Shown here in pieces: positions 22,271-30,948 of a stretch of DNA of 64,000 nt. The DNA is from Oculina patagonica (lineage: Eukaryota). The stretch lies in assembly GCF_052425735.1 (NCBI RefSeq), contig NC_135767.1, positions 5,952,001 to 6,016,000 on the forward strand, read 5' to 3'. Position 1 is the stretch's first letter. Every line of letters begins with the position of its first letter. The position numbers and the translations under genes were made by a program. Below the pieces are notes generated by a model, which had not been told where the DNA came from, made no database searches, and worked only from the letters and a program-made list of their open reading frames with translations.

Positions 22271-22663
22271 TCACTTTCTTAAAAACTTTAGTTGGACAAA
22301 CACATCATGCCACATGGAATTAAAGATTTTTTCCATTTCAGCACACATCAAACTTTTTGCTTCTTCAATCTTCTCTTTTCTTTTTTCTTCATTTTCTATT
22401 TTTTCATACTCTTTTTCAAGTTTTATTAAATCCTCATACTGCCTGTTTAAACTTTCCACAGTTTTTTCATCAATAGCAATAAAATTTTTTAATTCTTCTG
22501 GTTTCAGCTGGTTAAAAAAGGCTTTTGTCCCTTCCAAAGCAGCTGTTGCTCGTGCCTCATCTTCTTCGAAGAATTTCCCAAAGAACTCGGCACAGAGACC
22601 CAACAAAACAAAGCTTCCAAAATCCATTGGGTCAGGCATAGTGTATGTCTTCGTGTCGGTCAT
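22271..22663 (-). CDS. Viral hypothetical protein, 130 aa, E/K-rich helical
   Basis: ATG-initiated ORF in the co-oriented gene run, preceded by the shared upstream motif. Confidence 0.6.
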   Translation of the reverse strand: MTDTKTYTMPDPMDFGSFVLLGLCAEFFGKFFEEDEARATAALEGTKAFFNQLKPEELKNFIAIDEKTVESLNRQYEDLIKLEKEYEKIENEEKRKEKIEEAKSLMCAEMEKIFNSMWHDVFVQLKFLRK

Positions 22664-22720
22664 CGTGTTTTGTATACTTTAAAAATCAAATGTTTAAATG
22701 AAAATTATTTAATAATTTTT

Positions 22721-23293
22721 TTAATCCATCGGACGGATTCCTCTTTTTGAGCCATTTTGTTTTGTTGGTTGCGGAATTCTAGAGCCCGTTTGGCGCGTGT
22801 CTGAAGAACGCGTTGCAACCCTTCCAATACTTTCTGCTGTAACTGGTGTGTCATCAGTTATAAGAGTTGGCGGAGATTTAAATGTTGGACTTCTTTTTTC
22901 GTTTATAAAGGCTTTTATGTCTTCGCGTTTCACATAAGTTGTAACGATTGCAACGCCGATACCAAGCAAAGATATCCATTGATTTGTGGTGAGACCGCTT
23001 GATTGCGGCTGAGCCTCGGGCGGAGCTGGTTCCGTTACGGCCGGTGGTGTTACATTTCGCTTTGCAGATGCAGATTTCTTTTCCTTTTCTTTTGCAATTA
23101 TTGCAGCAGCCTCGATAGAAGCTTTTTTCTGTGCTTCACGAGCCTGTTTTGTTTTTTCAGCTGCAAGCTTGCCAGCAGCCACTCGCTTTGGATTTTTGGC
23201 AGGTTTTGTTGCAGGAGTTGTTGAAGTGACTTGTGGAACGTTTTCTTGAACAACTGCAGGTTCGCTCGGTATTTGTGTTTCAGGGTCCGCCAT
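22721..23293 (-). CDS. Viral hypothetical protein, 190 aa, single predicted TM helix, P/A/K-rich
   Basis: KNPKRVAAGK basic motif; TM-like WISLLGIGVAIVTTYV. Confidence 0.7.
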   Translation of the reverse strand: MADPETQIPSEPAVVQENVPQVTSTTPATKPAKNPKRVAAGKLAAEKTKQAREAQKKASIEAAAIIAKEKEKKSASAKRNVTPPAVTEPAPPEAQPQSSGLTTNQWISLLGIGVAIVTTYVKREDIKAFINEKRSPTFKSPPTLITDDTPVTAESIGRVATRSSDTRQTGSRIPQPTKQNGSKRGIRPMD

Positions 23294-23408
23294 TTATTAG
23301 AAAAAATAATAATATTTAAATGAAAAATGCTTAGCAAACTTTTTTGGTCAGCATTTAATGAGCATTGTTCAGTAATTACTTAGCATTTTCTTAGCATTGC
23401 TTAGTAAT

Positions 23409-23969
23409 TTACTCAGGAAGATCTTTATGCTCGCTTTCTAGAGTCGCTTGTGGTGCTGTGCTGTAATCAATGTGCTTTGCCGTTATCAAAGCAACAGAAG
23501 CTGGAGCAAGAAACTTGCCGTATTTGAAAGACAAACCGCCGACAAGATTGGAAAGCTCGTTGTTGATGATGTAGTCATTTTTAAGCTCTTTTTGCAAAGC
23601 TTCAATATTTTTTAAGGGCACGAACAGACTTGCGGCTTTCGTAAAAAGAGTGAGCGCGCTGTCGATAAGATTTTCTGTGGTCTTGGCCCCAACATACGCT
23701 TCGTACCTCTTGAAGTACTTTTCGACGTCTTTGTCGGTCAAGCGCTTTACCTGATCGTGAGTTAGCTGCACACCGATTGCTTCTTTAGACTTGCCTGTTG
23801 AAACAAGTCTTGCAAGCTGTTCACGTAAAGCTGGAATGTCAGGTCCCGCTGCTTGCATCTCTGACGGCATACTGCCTGGTTCAGGTTCTAGCATTTCCAT
23901 TACGGACGTTTCCAACATAATTCGTTCACTTGCAGTGATATCAGTGGAAGTTGCGAACGGGTCAGCCAT
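23409..23969 (-). CDS. Viral hypothetical protein, 186 aa
   Basis: Intact ORF between the ATPase and the 190-aa gene; hydrophobic segment FLAPASVALITA near the C-terminus. Confidence 0.7.
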   Translation of the reverse strand: MADPFATSTDITASERIMLETSVMEMLEPEPGSMPSEMQAAGPDIPALREQLARLVSTGKSKEAIGVQLTHDQVKRLTDKDVEKYFKRYEAYVGAKTTENLIDSALTLFTKAASLFVPLKNIEALQKELKNDYIINNELSNLVGGLSFKYGKFLAPASVALITAKHIDYSTAPQATLESEHKDLPE

Positions 23970-23990
23970 TTATTACTCTAAAAAATATGT

Positions 23991-24590
23991 TCAATAAAAA
24001 AATTCTGTGCCGTAAGGGTGGCGATGAGAAATAACAAGATGCGAAAACTTATTTTTTTTCAGCTTTGAAATGACTTCTTTGTAATCTTCATGGGAAAGTT
24101 CGCCAGCGTAATCCTCAAAGATTGCCTTCGTGGTCTTGGCAGAGGGGGTGTAAAAGAAAACAATTGACGCAACATTTTCGCGGAATGAGGCTGTTATGCT
24201 TGTCAATTTTTGAGTTAACACCCATACGCTCAAACCTGCGTGGCGAGCAGAGAAAGCAAGATTCACCAATTCACCTGTTCTTCCTTTTACATCTTTCGAT
24301 GCAGCACAGTCGTCGAGGATGATAAGCGTGTTCGCACCCTCAAAAAGAAATCTTGAAAACCTTAACCAAGATTCAACCTCGTGCTGCTCGCAAATGAAAA
24401 CAAAAAATCGAAGATCTTCCTCAGCAAAGCGATAATAAGTCTTGTTGTGCGCAAAAGTCGGGCAGATGAGCACGATGTAGTCAAACTTGCCTCGGAAAGG
24501 GCCACAAAGCTGATTGACTACGTACCTTGTTTTTCCTGAGTTCGTTGGTCCCACAATGAGAGCGTTGAAGGGTATGTTGGAAGGATCCAT
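23991..24590 (-). CDS. A32/FtsK-HerA family genome-packaging ATPase
   Basis: Walker A GPTNSGKT, Walker B LIILDD, arginine-finger motif SARH, and hhTQ motif (VWVLTQ). Confidence 0.93.
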   Translation of the reverse strand: MDPSNIPFNALIVGPTNSGKTRYVVNQLCGPFRGKFDYIVLICPTFAHNKTYYRFAEEDLRFFVFICEQHEVESWLRFSRFLFEGANTLIILDDCAASKDVKGRTGELVNLAFSARHAGLSVWVLTQKLTSITASFRENVASIVFFYTPSAKTTKAIFEDYAGELSHEDYKEVISKLKKNKFSHLVISHRHPYGTEFFY

Positions 24591-24603
24591 CTTCGTTCGT
24601 ATA

Positions 24604-25857
24604 TTAATAAAGCACAGATTCTAACTGCCTGCCAATTATATTCATTTGGGCGTCGCTGATTACGTAAATGTGGCAGTTCAAATTACCTGAGCCGCTTGCT
24701 TTCCTCTCTAGCTCAAGCTGGACACCGTCCTTTGTGTTCACAAGGCGCTTGCCGCTTCCGTGCATCGAGTGGTCAGCCATGGAACGCAGATCAATCAGAA
24801 GGCCGAACTTGTCTTCTGTGTAAAACTTTTGCAGGGTCATGTGCTGCGTTTTATTTTTTTCTTTCATGTAGAATCTTTTAACTTCTTCCCATATGTCCAT
24901 TCCTTCGATGCCGTTGTTGTACAGCATGTTTGGCGAGCCGTTGACAGTGACGCTTACTTTTGTAAGGTCTGGGTTAATGTACTTTTCCGAGATCCTTGCA
25001 CCTTTGGCATATTGCTCTATAAAAAGTAGCAAGATACCTTTTAGGGACCTCCTCTGAGGGTTGACCTTAAGATTCAGACGTGTGTCGGATCCTTTTGCAA
25101 AAGTAACAACTTCGGCACGCTGGATGTGGTCGTAAGCGAACTCTTTGCCGCCCGAGTAAGCGCTGAACGCCTCATCTGCAATTTCCTTGCTTCTTATCAT
25201 TTCGTACTCTAGCTGTATGTTTGTCAGCTTGTATTTCAGTTTTGTTGCATCTGAGCCTCTTACAACATGTTCGGCTGCCGCGAGCTTCAGTTCGAACAGA
25301 AGATCGTTGTATAGTGCCTGTGGATAAAATGCTCCGTGGTCAGTTAAAATCTGGTGATCCAGACGGATGCGGTATTTATTACCATATAGCTCATTCAGCT
25401 TTTTTTCTGCGTCGACTCCTGAAGTTTTCTTATCGCCAGCATTTGAGCGAATTTTGTTGAGGTCCTCGCTCTGAATGCCCTCTGGCACCCTGTCGTCGCG
25501 CTCCTCCTGCGAAAGGAAAAAATCCTCAAATATTTTGTAGATGTCATAGCCAACCGTGTCCTGCACGACGGTGCCTTCGTACTTTACAACAAACTTGTCG
25601 ACCAGAGCTCGGCTGACGTTGTCAACCAGAAAGTTGTTGGCATGGCCTCCGCTCAAGTCGATGTTGAAGCGCAGCGCCAGCGAGCCAGGCACAATGACCT
25701 CGTTTTCGTTCAGCTTTGGCACTGAAACATACAACGTTTCCTCTGGATTGGCTTCAGTGCGGTCAAAAGTGATTCGTTTTACAGCTCGCTCGGCTTTCAG
25801 TGCGCCGAGGGTTTTCTCTACGCGTCCCGGTCGAAGGTTTTCTTGAACAGCAGCCAT
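24604..25857 (-). CDS. Probable double jelly-roll major capsid protein, 417 aa
   Basis: Size, beta-strand-like alternating pattern, position next to the packaging ATPase, and N-terminal (VIVPGSLALRFNI) and C-terminal (HIYVISDAQMNI) patterns resembling PLV MCPs. Fold not computed. Confidence 0.75.
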   Translation of the reverse strand: MAAVQENLRPGRVEKTLGALKAERAVKRITFDRTEANPEETLYVSVPKLNENEVIVPGSLALRFNIDLSGGHANNFLVDNVSRALVDKFVVKYEGTVVQDTVGYDIYKIFEDFFLSQEERDDRVPEGIQSEDLNKIRSNAGDKKTSGVDAEKKLNELYGNKYRIRLDHQILTDHGAFYPQALYNDLLFELKLAAAEHVVRGSDATKLKYKLTNIQLEYEMIRSKEIADEAFSAYSGGKEFAYDHIQRAEVVTFAKGSDTRLNLKVNPQRRSLKGILLLFIEQYAKGARISEKYINPDLTKVSVTVNGSPNMLYNNGIEGMDIWEEVKRFYMKEKNKTQHMTLQKFYTEDKFGLLIDLRSMADHSMHGSGKRLVNTKDGVQLELERKASGSGNLNCHIYVISDAQMNIIGRQLESVLY

Positions 25858-25919
25858 CTCTCGATTGGTTTTATTGTTAAATTGAAAAGTTTAATTTGAA
25901 AATATATATAAATTACGTG

Positions 25920-27350
25920 ATGGCAACAGGTGGTGGTGATTTTGGATACGAGGACCCTGATTTGGACCGAGATCTTGACCACAACAGTGATAACGATGAT
26001 GAAGAGGAACAAGAGGTCGACACAACCCGACCATTTCAGCCCGGGATGGTATCCACACCCTACCATGGGGGTGAACAACATGAAATGCAAACAATGCAGC
26101 ACGAACAGAGCGGGCTGCCAGAAACATCCTACGACGAAACACCTTTGCTTGAAAGAACCCCTTCAATAAGTGATCTTCAAAATGAAAGTAATTTGCGACA
26201 AAAACTAAAAAAAGCAGTAGACATGATAAAAGGCAAATTTCCCAAAGCAAACTTTGAAAAAATAAAAATCAGAAGAGGCAAAGGGAAAAATGAGGGTAAA
26301 ATTGTTGCTGTAGGAACAAAAAAAGGCGAGTACAAGATTTTAAAAGAAAATGAGTCAGGCTTCATGAAAAGCTTTTTAGACAGCTTCAAAGATGAACTTG
26401 GGCCGTCAGCTGAAGATATTATTGCTCAAAAAAATGAGAGCATAAGAGATGTACGCCAAACATTAAGAAAAGCTGAACGCCAAAGATTAAGAGAAACTGA
26501 AAAACAACTTCAAGAGGCCCAAAAACTCGCATCGGAAAAAGAAAAAGCCGCCCTAGAAGTGCAAGATCTGAGAAACAAAATCGAGCGAACTCAAGCTCAG
26601 ATTGAAGCACTTACTCAAGAACACGGTTCGAATCTTGAAAGTGATTCAGAACTACGGAGACTGCAGCAACTGAAAAAAAATTATCAAAAGGATCTTGACA
26701 ACGCGAAAAAAGAGGTGGTGGCCATTGAAAAACAATCGAAGCAGAAGACAAAAGAACAAACACGGGTCGACCAACTCAGGGCAAGCCTCGCTGCCACAGA
26801 GAGAGAAAGAAACACTTTGCAAGAAAGGCTCAACGACACAAGAGCGTTGGATGATCTAAAAGAGCAAGAAGCCGAGCTGAAGCGACAAAACGATGAAGAT
26901 CAAGCAGTAATACAGGATGAAAATACATCCCCCACTGACAAACAAGCTGCTGAAGAAAGAGTTGCTGAAAGAACCGAGGAGCTCGCACGTTTGCAAACAC
27001 AGATTGCAGAAAGAGAAAGAGCGCTTCCACTTCGTGAGAGGATCAAAGAAATCTTCAAAAAAAATGGCGTGACAGTAACAGCAATCTTTCTTGCTGCTGG
27101 TGTCACGATTGGTGCTGTAATTGGTGCCATTACAAACTCTTTGAAGGCTACCGGCAAAGCGTTGGGGAAAGGCTTAAGTGATGTTGGCTCAAAGGTGGCA
27201 TCAGCTCTGCCCGGTCTTATTGGCTCGATTGTAAGTTTTCTTTTCAAAACAGCTGGTCAAGTAATTGGCTTTCTTGCAGAGCACACCTGGTTGCTTATAC
27301 TTGCTGCGGTTGCTTTTCTTGTTGAAAGATACATCAAGAAGAGACGTTAA
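25920..27350 (+). CDS. Viral coiled-coil membrane protein, ~476 aa
   Basis: ATG at 25920; acidic N-terminus, ~200-aa coiled coil, 2-3 C-terminal hydrophobic/amphipathic helices, ends KKRR; shares TTAA stop overlap with the convergent 571-aa gene. Confidence 0.8.
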   Translation: MATGGGDFGYEDPDLDRDLDHNSDNDDEEEQEVDTTRPFQPGMVSTPYHGGEQHEMQTMQHEQSGLPETSYDETPLLERTPSISDLQNESNLRQKLKKAVDMIKGKFPKANFEKIKIRRGKGKNEGKIVAVGTKKGEYKILKENESGFMKSFLDSFKDELGPSAEDIIAQKNESIRDVRQTLRKAERQRLRETEKQLQEAQKLASEKEKAALEVQDLRNKIERTQAQIEALTQEHGSNLESDSELRRLQQLKKNYQKDLDNAKKEVVAIEKQSKQKTKEQTRVDQLRASLAATERERNTLQERLNDTRALDDLKEQEAELKRQNDEDQAVIQDENTSPTDKQAAEERVAERTEELARLQTQIAERERALPLRERIKEIFKKNGVTVTAIFLAAGVTIGAVIGAITNSLKATGKALGKGLSDVGSKVASALPGLIGSIVSFLFKTAGQVIGFLAEHTWLLILAAVAFLVERYIKKRR

Positions 27351-29062
27351 CGCATAAGGGCGTAGAGCAAAGCTGCAGCTCCAACCGCACCAACAGCGAT
27401 AGTTGCTTTGTTTATTTCGTGTGTATCATTGACTTCGACCTTTGTAGCTTTAGCGCTTTGCGCGCTTTCAGCTTTAGCACCTTCTGTGCTCACTGGTGCC
27501 GTAGTTTTTTTTGTGTCCCTTTGAGACTCCTTGTGTATAGGATTTGAAGGGTGGCTGTTTGGTGGGTTTACCTTTGATGGTCCTCCGGCCATCAGTTTAA
27601 GAGCTGCTTTTTTTGTTGATTTATTAACATCATTATTCAATCCTATTTTCATTCCTGCTACAGCCTGCTTCAGCTGATTGTTGTAGCCGACAACGCTTTC
27701 TGTGTTTATCACCATACTACCCGGCATCAGCCAGGCACCAGGGCAGACAGCAAGGTTAAGCCGAACCTTCGCTTCATCGATAGAAAGTTGGTATCTTTGA
27801 ACTGACTTTGCCAGATCTGGTTGCCTTATAGCGTCTTCAACCAACACGAGGAACTCACTTTGAGCCTCCTTTGCGCGGCCGCCTGTGCCAAGTATGCTAC
27901 TTCGAACGTTGACCTGCGAACCCAGAATACAGTAGACAAAAGCCTCTATCGACTGGTTTACTCTCGACAAACCTGCCTGAGTCAGCCCTTCTGCGGCGTT
28001 AGGACAAAACCAGTCTGCCTGTGCATATGCAGCGTCGTCTGGCTCGATATATTGAATTAAGTTACCCTTGCTTGCAGCTCCCCCTTCGTCCGAAAATTTA
28101 TCGTAATCGGGATATTTTGCTCCAGAATTTTTCGGACCAATATTTGAGATCCAGATATAAACGTCACCAAGTCCGTGGTTTGCGCCTCTTGTGAAACGAA
28201 AATCGCTTGACGGGTCGACACCGAACTCAGCGCATATTCTTTTGTACGAAGCCACGTCGTACTTGTTGTCGAACTGGCTAAACGTTGGGTCGCCAGGCAA
28301 GGCACTTACGCTCTGAATTCCCCCCATCTGAAACAATATTCGCCTTATTGTGAAATAAACGTGAAAAAGGTAAAAATTTCGCACAACAGGCGGCAAACTG
28401 AGAGCTGAGTGTTCTTCATCAAAAATTTCACGACTTATCCCACTGCCTGTTGTCGCGCACCAGACAGCAAAGTTAAGTTGCTGAGGCCAGTAGCCCATAT
28501 TTTGGCTAGCAAGCCACCTTTTTGACTCTTTTCCTGATGTATGCTTCAGTTTTGTTTTTTGAAAAATCTCTCTTAATTTCGTTGTGAAATATTGATCTGG
28601 TGTGACGTAGATGTTTATTTGGCTGTTAAATATTTTTTTCAAACTTGGTGCGGCTTCGTGAAATACAACCGCGGGAATTGGCAAAGATGAGCCTTTTGCG
28701 CCGCTTGGTGACAGCTGTTGTGGAAAACCGCCTGAAATTTGATTTACCCCCAGTGCTTTTTTCATCTCTGGGCTCCAATATTTGCTGTCAGAGCCAAAAA
28801 CATTTATCAAATGGCCTTGCTCTGCCTTGTAATAAATGTCTGCCGTTGCTGTGTGGTTGTACGCGAACTCAACCTGTGCAACAAATTTTGTTCGGTCAGC
28901 GTTTGGATATTTTGCAAGAAAAGGTTTCCACGCATTGTCTTTTGCCGCTTCAGAAATTGTAGTTGCTTCTGGGGTTTTCATCCACTTCATAAAATCTCTT
29001 TCTTTGGAATCAAGAAAAATTGATTGAGAAATGTCATCAGCTCTCGGAATAGGCGGCGCCAT
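27347..29062 (-). CDS. Viral hypothetical protein, 571 aa, C-terminal tail anchor
   Basis: Long intact ORF with globular core (YWPQQLNFAVWCATTGSGIS), low-complexity linker, and C-terminal IAVGAVGAAALLYALMR. Confidence 0.8.
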   Translation of the reverse strand: MAPPIPRADDISQSIFLDSKERDFMKWMKTPEATTISEAAKDNAWKPFLAKYPNADRTKFVAQVEFAYNHTATADIYYKAEQGHLINVFGSDSKYWSPEMKKALGVNQISGGFPQQLSPSGAKGSSLPIPAVVFHEAAPSLKKIFNSQINIYVTPDQYFTTKLREIFQKTKLKHTSGKESKRWLASQNMGYWPQQLNFAVWCATTGSGISREIFDEEHSALSLPPVVRNFYLFHVYFTIRRILFQMGGIQSVSALPGDPTFSQFDNKYDVASYKRICAEFGVDPSSDFRFTRGANHGLGDVYIWISNIGPKNSGAKYPDYDKFSDEGGAASKGNLIQYIEPDDAAYAQADWFCPNAAEGLTQAGLSRVNQSIEAFVYCILGSQVNVRSSILGTGGRAKEAQSEFLVLVEDAIRQPDLAKSVQRYQLSIDEAKVRLNLAVCPGAWLMPGSMVINTESVVGYNNQLKQAVAGMKIGLNNDVNKSTKKAALKLMAGGPSKVNPPNSHPSNPIHKESQRDTKKTTAPVSTEGAKAESAQSAKATKVEVNDTHEINKATIAVGAVGAAALLYALMR

Positions 29063-29102
29063 TTTATATTAAAGATTTATTTTTCAAAAGATAATTATAA
29101 AG

Positions 29103-29768
29103 ATGGTTGTGCTCACAATCGACGCGAGTTCCAACGGGGAAGCTGTTTACTTTGACCAGCCAATTGAAAAACCAAGGTTTATCAGCCTGCTGTCATGCTC
29201 GTTACAAAACAGCTGGCGTAATCTGGAAGAAATTGGCTCCATAAGCATTAAACAAAACAATGTGAGCAACAATGTTGCTGTTTTTTTCCCAGGCAACTAC
29301 AATTTTGATGAAATTACAACTTACCTGACTAATAAGTTCAAAGATCAACAAAAGCTAACAGTAAAAAGGGATGATTTAAAAAGAGGCTTTTCAATAACAA
29401 AAACAAAAAGTATTGAAAGCTTTTCTTTTGATAAAAATCTTTCTAAACTTTTTAAGAACACAATTGTTGATGCTTCTAACGCAAGAATTGAAGATTTTAC
29501 TATACCAGACTTTTATTACATTCACTGCGATTTACTTTCCAAAGAAAATAACTTGTATAATGGAAAGCCAAGTGACATTCTCGCTTGTGTACCAATAACC
29601 GGGAAACCTTATGATTTGGTTCATTACCCTCAAAATTTTATCAATAATTCACGTCGAATCGACGCTGTTCAGAGTGTGAACAGTGTCACATTGACCGTCA
29701 AAGACAAAACTGGCAGTAAGTTTGACTTTGTTGGAGCTCCGCTGCATTTTGAATTAGAATTAAATTAA
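29103..29768 (+). CDS. Probable minor capsid protein (penton, single jelly-roll), 221 aa
   Basis: Polinton/PLV mCP-like pattern: PGNY near the N-terminus, YIHCDL..NLYNGKPSDILACVPI, SVTLTVKD..G..FDF.G....FELEL at the C-terminus. Confidence 0.75.
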   Translation: MVVLTIDASSNGEAVYFDQPIEKPRFISLLSCSLQNSWRNLEEIGSISIKQNNVSNNVAVFFPGNYNFDEITTYLTNKFKDQQKLTVKRDDLKRGFSITKTKSIESFSFDKNLSKLFKNTIVDASNARIEDFTIPDFYYIHCDLLSKENNLYNGKPSDILACVPITGKPYDLVHYPQNFINNSRRIDAVQSVNSVTLTVKDKTGSKFDFVGAPLHFELELN

Positions 29769-29792
29769 TATTTTTTTATTGTATACGAGACC

Positions 29793-30479
29793 ATGTCATC
29801 TGCTAATGTTCTTCCGAGTGCCCCTGCTTATGGTGTAAGCGAAGAAAACAGCGTAAAACAAACACTGTATCCTGCTTTGCCAAATCAACCAGAAAACTTT
29901 AGGTTAACAAAAATCAATCAAATTTGTTCGGATTTTGACAAAGAAGTTGCTAAATACCGAGCTGTTTTGAAAAAGTATAAAAAGGTGAAGTCTGTTTTCC
30001 ATTATTCCGCAATTTCAATGGGTGGTTTGTCCAGTGTTCTCTCTGCTTCCAGTCTTGGCACCGCGGTAACGGTCGTTGGTTTGCCGGTAAGCGTTCCTCT
30101 CGCTGCATGTGCTGCCATTACAGGCGTTTTGTCTGCCGCTTTCACTGGAGCAAGTAAAAAACTTGAACCAAAAATTTTGAAAAATAATGAAATTACTTCG
30201 CTTGCTGTTGCCAAACGTGAAACAGTCAATAGACTTGTTTCTGCCGCTCTCATTGACAATAAAGTTGATGACAAAGAGTTTAAAATTATTTTGGATGAAT
30301 ATTCTCGTTACATGGCCCTCAAAGAGACTGTTCGCAGGCACCTTACAAAAAATTTAAGCCAAAAAAAGCCATCCCCACAGCCTGACATTGAGAAACTGAG
30401 AGAGGAAATTCGACAACAAGAATTAGATAGGTTAAAAAAAAGAATATCAGCCGAGTCGAAATCAGATTTGAGAAAATAA
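29793..30479 (+). CDS. Two-TM hairpin membrane protein, 228 aa, resembling the 'GasderminX'-type ORF described in adintoviruses
   Basis: LYP.L...FRL.KI N-terminus, KKYKK, two adjacent G/S/A-rich hydrophobic helices, coiled C-terminus; family assignment from memory. Confidence 0.7.
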   Translation: MSSANVLPSAPAYGVSEENSVKQTLYPALPNQPENFRLTKINQICSDFDKEVAKYRAVLKKYKKVKSVFHYSAISMGGLSSVLSASSLGTAVTVVGLPVSVPLAACAAITGVLSAAFTGASKKLEPKILKNNEITSLAVAKRETVNRLVSAALIDNKVDDKEFKIILDEYSRYMALKETVRRHLTKNLSQKKPSPQPDIEKLREEIRQQELDRLKKRISAESKSDLRK

Positions 30480-30521
30480 ACACTGGATTTAATCTTAGTG
30501 TTCAGAAAAATAAAATTAACG

Positions 30522-30607
30522 CATGACACAAATCGTGACATTGTGTTACACACAGCGTGACATTGTGTGACACAGAGCGTGACAGTCACGCGTGACGTTG
30601 CGTGACA
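30522..30607. repeat. Cluster of (C/T)GTGACA motifs inside the virus
   Basis: cgtgaca/tgtgaca/cgtgacg repeated about 7 times; the same core occurs in the terminal hairpins and upstream of the integrase (21427-21442). Confidence 0.7.
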
Positions 30608-30623
30608 GGTCAAACGAAAGGGC

Positions 30624-30925
30624 AAAACCCTGGTCGGGGGGTGCTCGTTGGCTGTTTCTTGCCTAGCCCCGGCTAGGACTTTTTCCCCGCCGCTGACAAG
30701 GCGGCTGTCCCACATTTTTACCTCTGCCGAGGTTTGAAATCCCGAGGAATTTCTGAGCACCCCCACGTTATCAGTAGGGCCGAGGCGGGTTCACCCAGGG
30801 GTATCTCCCACTGAAAGGAGTCCCCCTATACCCCGTAATTCACCATCCGCACAAGCCATTATAACAGGATTCAAGTGGTTGGCCATCCACTACCTCCCTT
30901 GACTTCACCAGAATTTGTGAACTAA
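30624..30925 (-). ncRNA. Candidate structured non-coding RNA (~300 nt) encoded by the virus
   Basis: GC-rich island with a 10-bp closing stem (30637-30646/30755-30764) enclosing four hairpins, followed by further hairpins; upstream TATA on the minus strand; T4 at 30624-30627. No family recognised. Confidence 0.45.
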
Positions 30926-30948
30926 CAAAAAGTTACGGCCGCGTTAAC

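Noticed and set aside
27050-27350. Resemblance of the 476-aa C-terminus to the herpesvirus gB membrane-proximal region (fusogen)
   Set aside because: No signal peptide, no cysteines and no beta-rich ectodomain; the similarity is compositional only
30308-30766. 152-aa minus-strand ORF
   Set aside because: Non-ATG start, overlaps the 228-aa gene antisense, crosses repeats and stems, and has no protein-like features
30619-30925. Hammerhead, HDV-like ribozyme, RNase P/MRP or tRNA identity for the structured region
   Set aside because: No CUGANGA+GAAA core in the right stem context; UCCUCG is present but lacks HDV P1/P1.1 partners; GGAAAAAGUCC only loosely resembles RNase P CR-I; no cloverleaf
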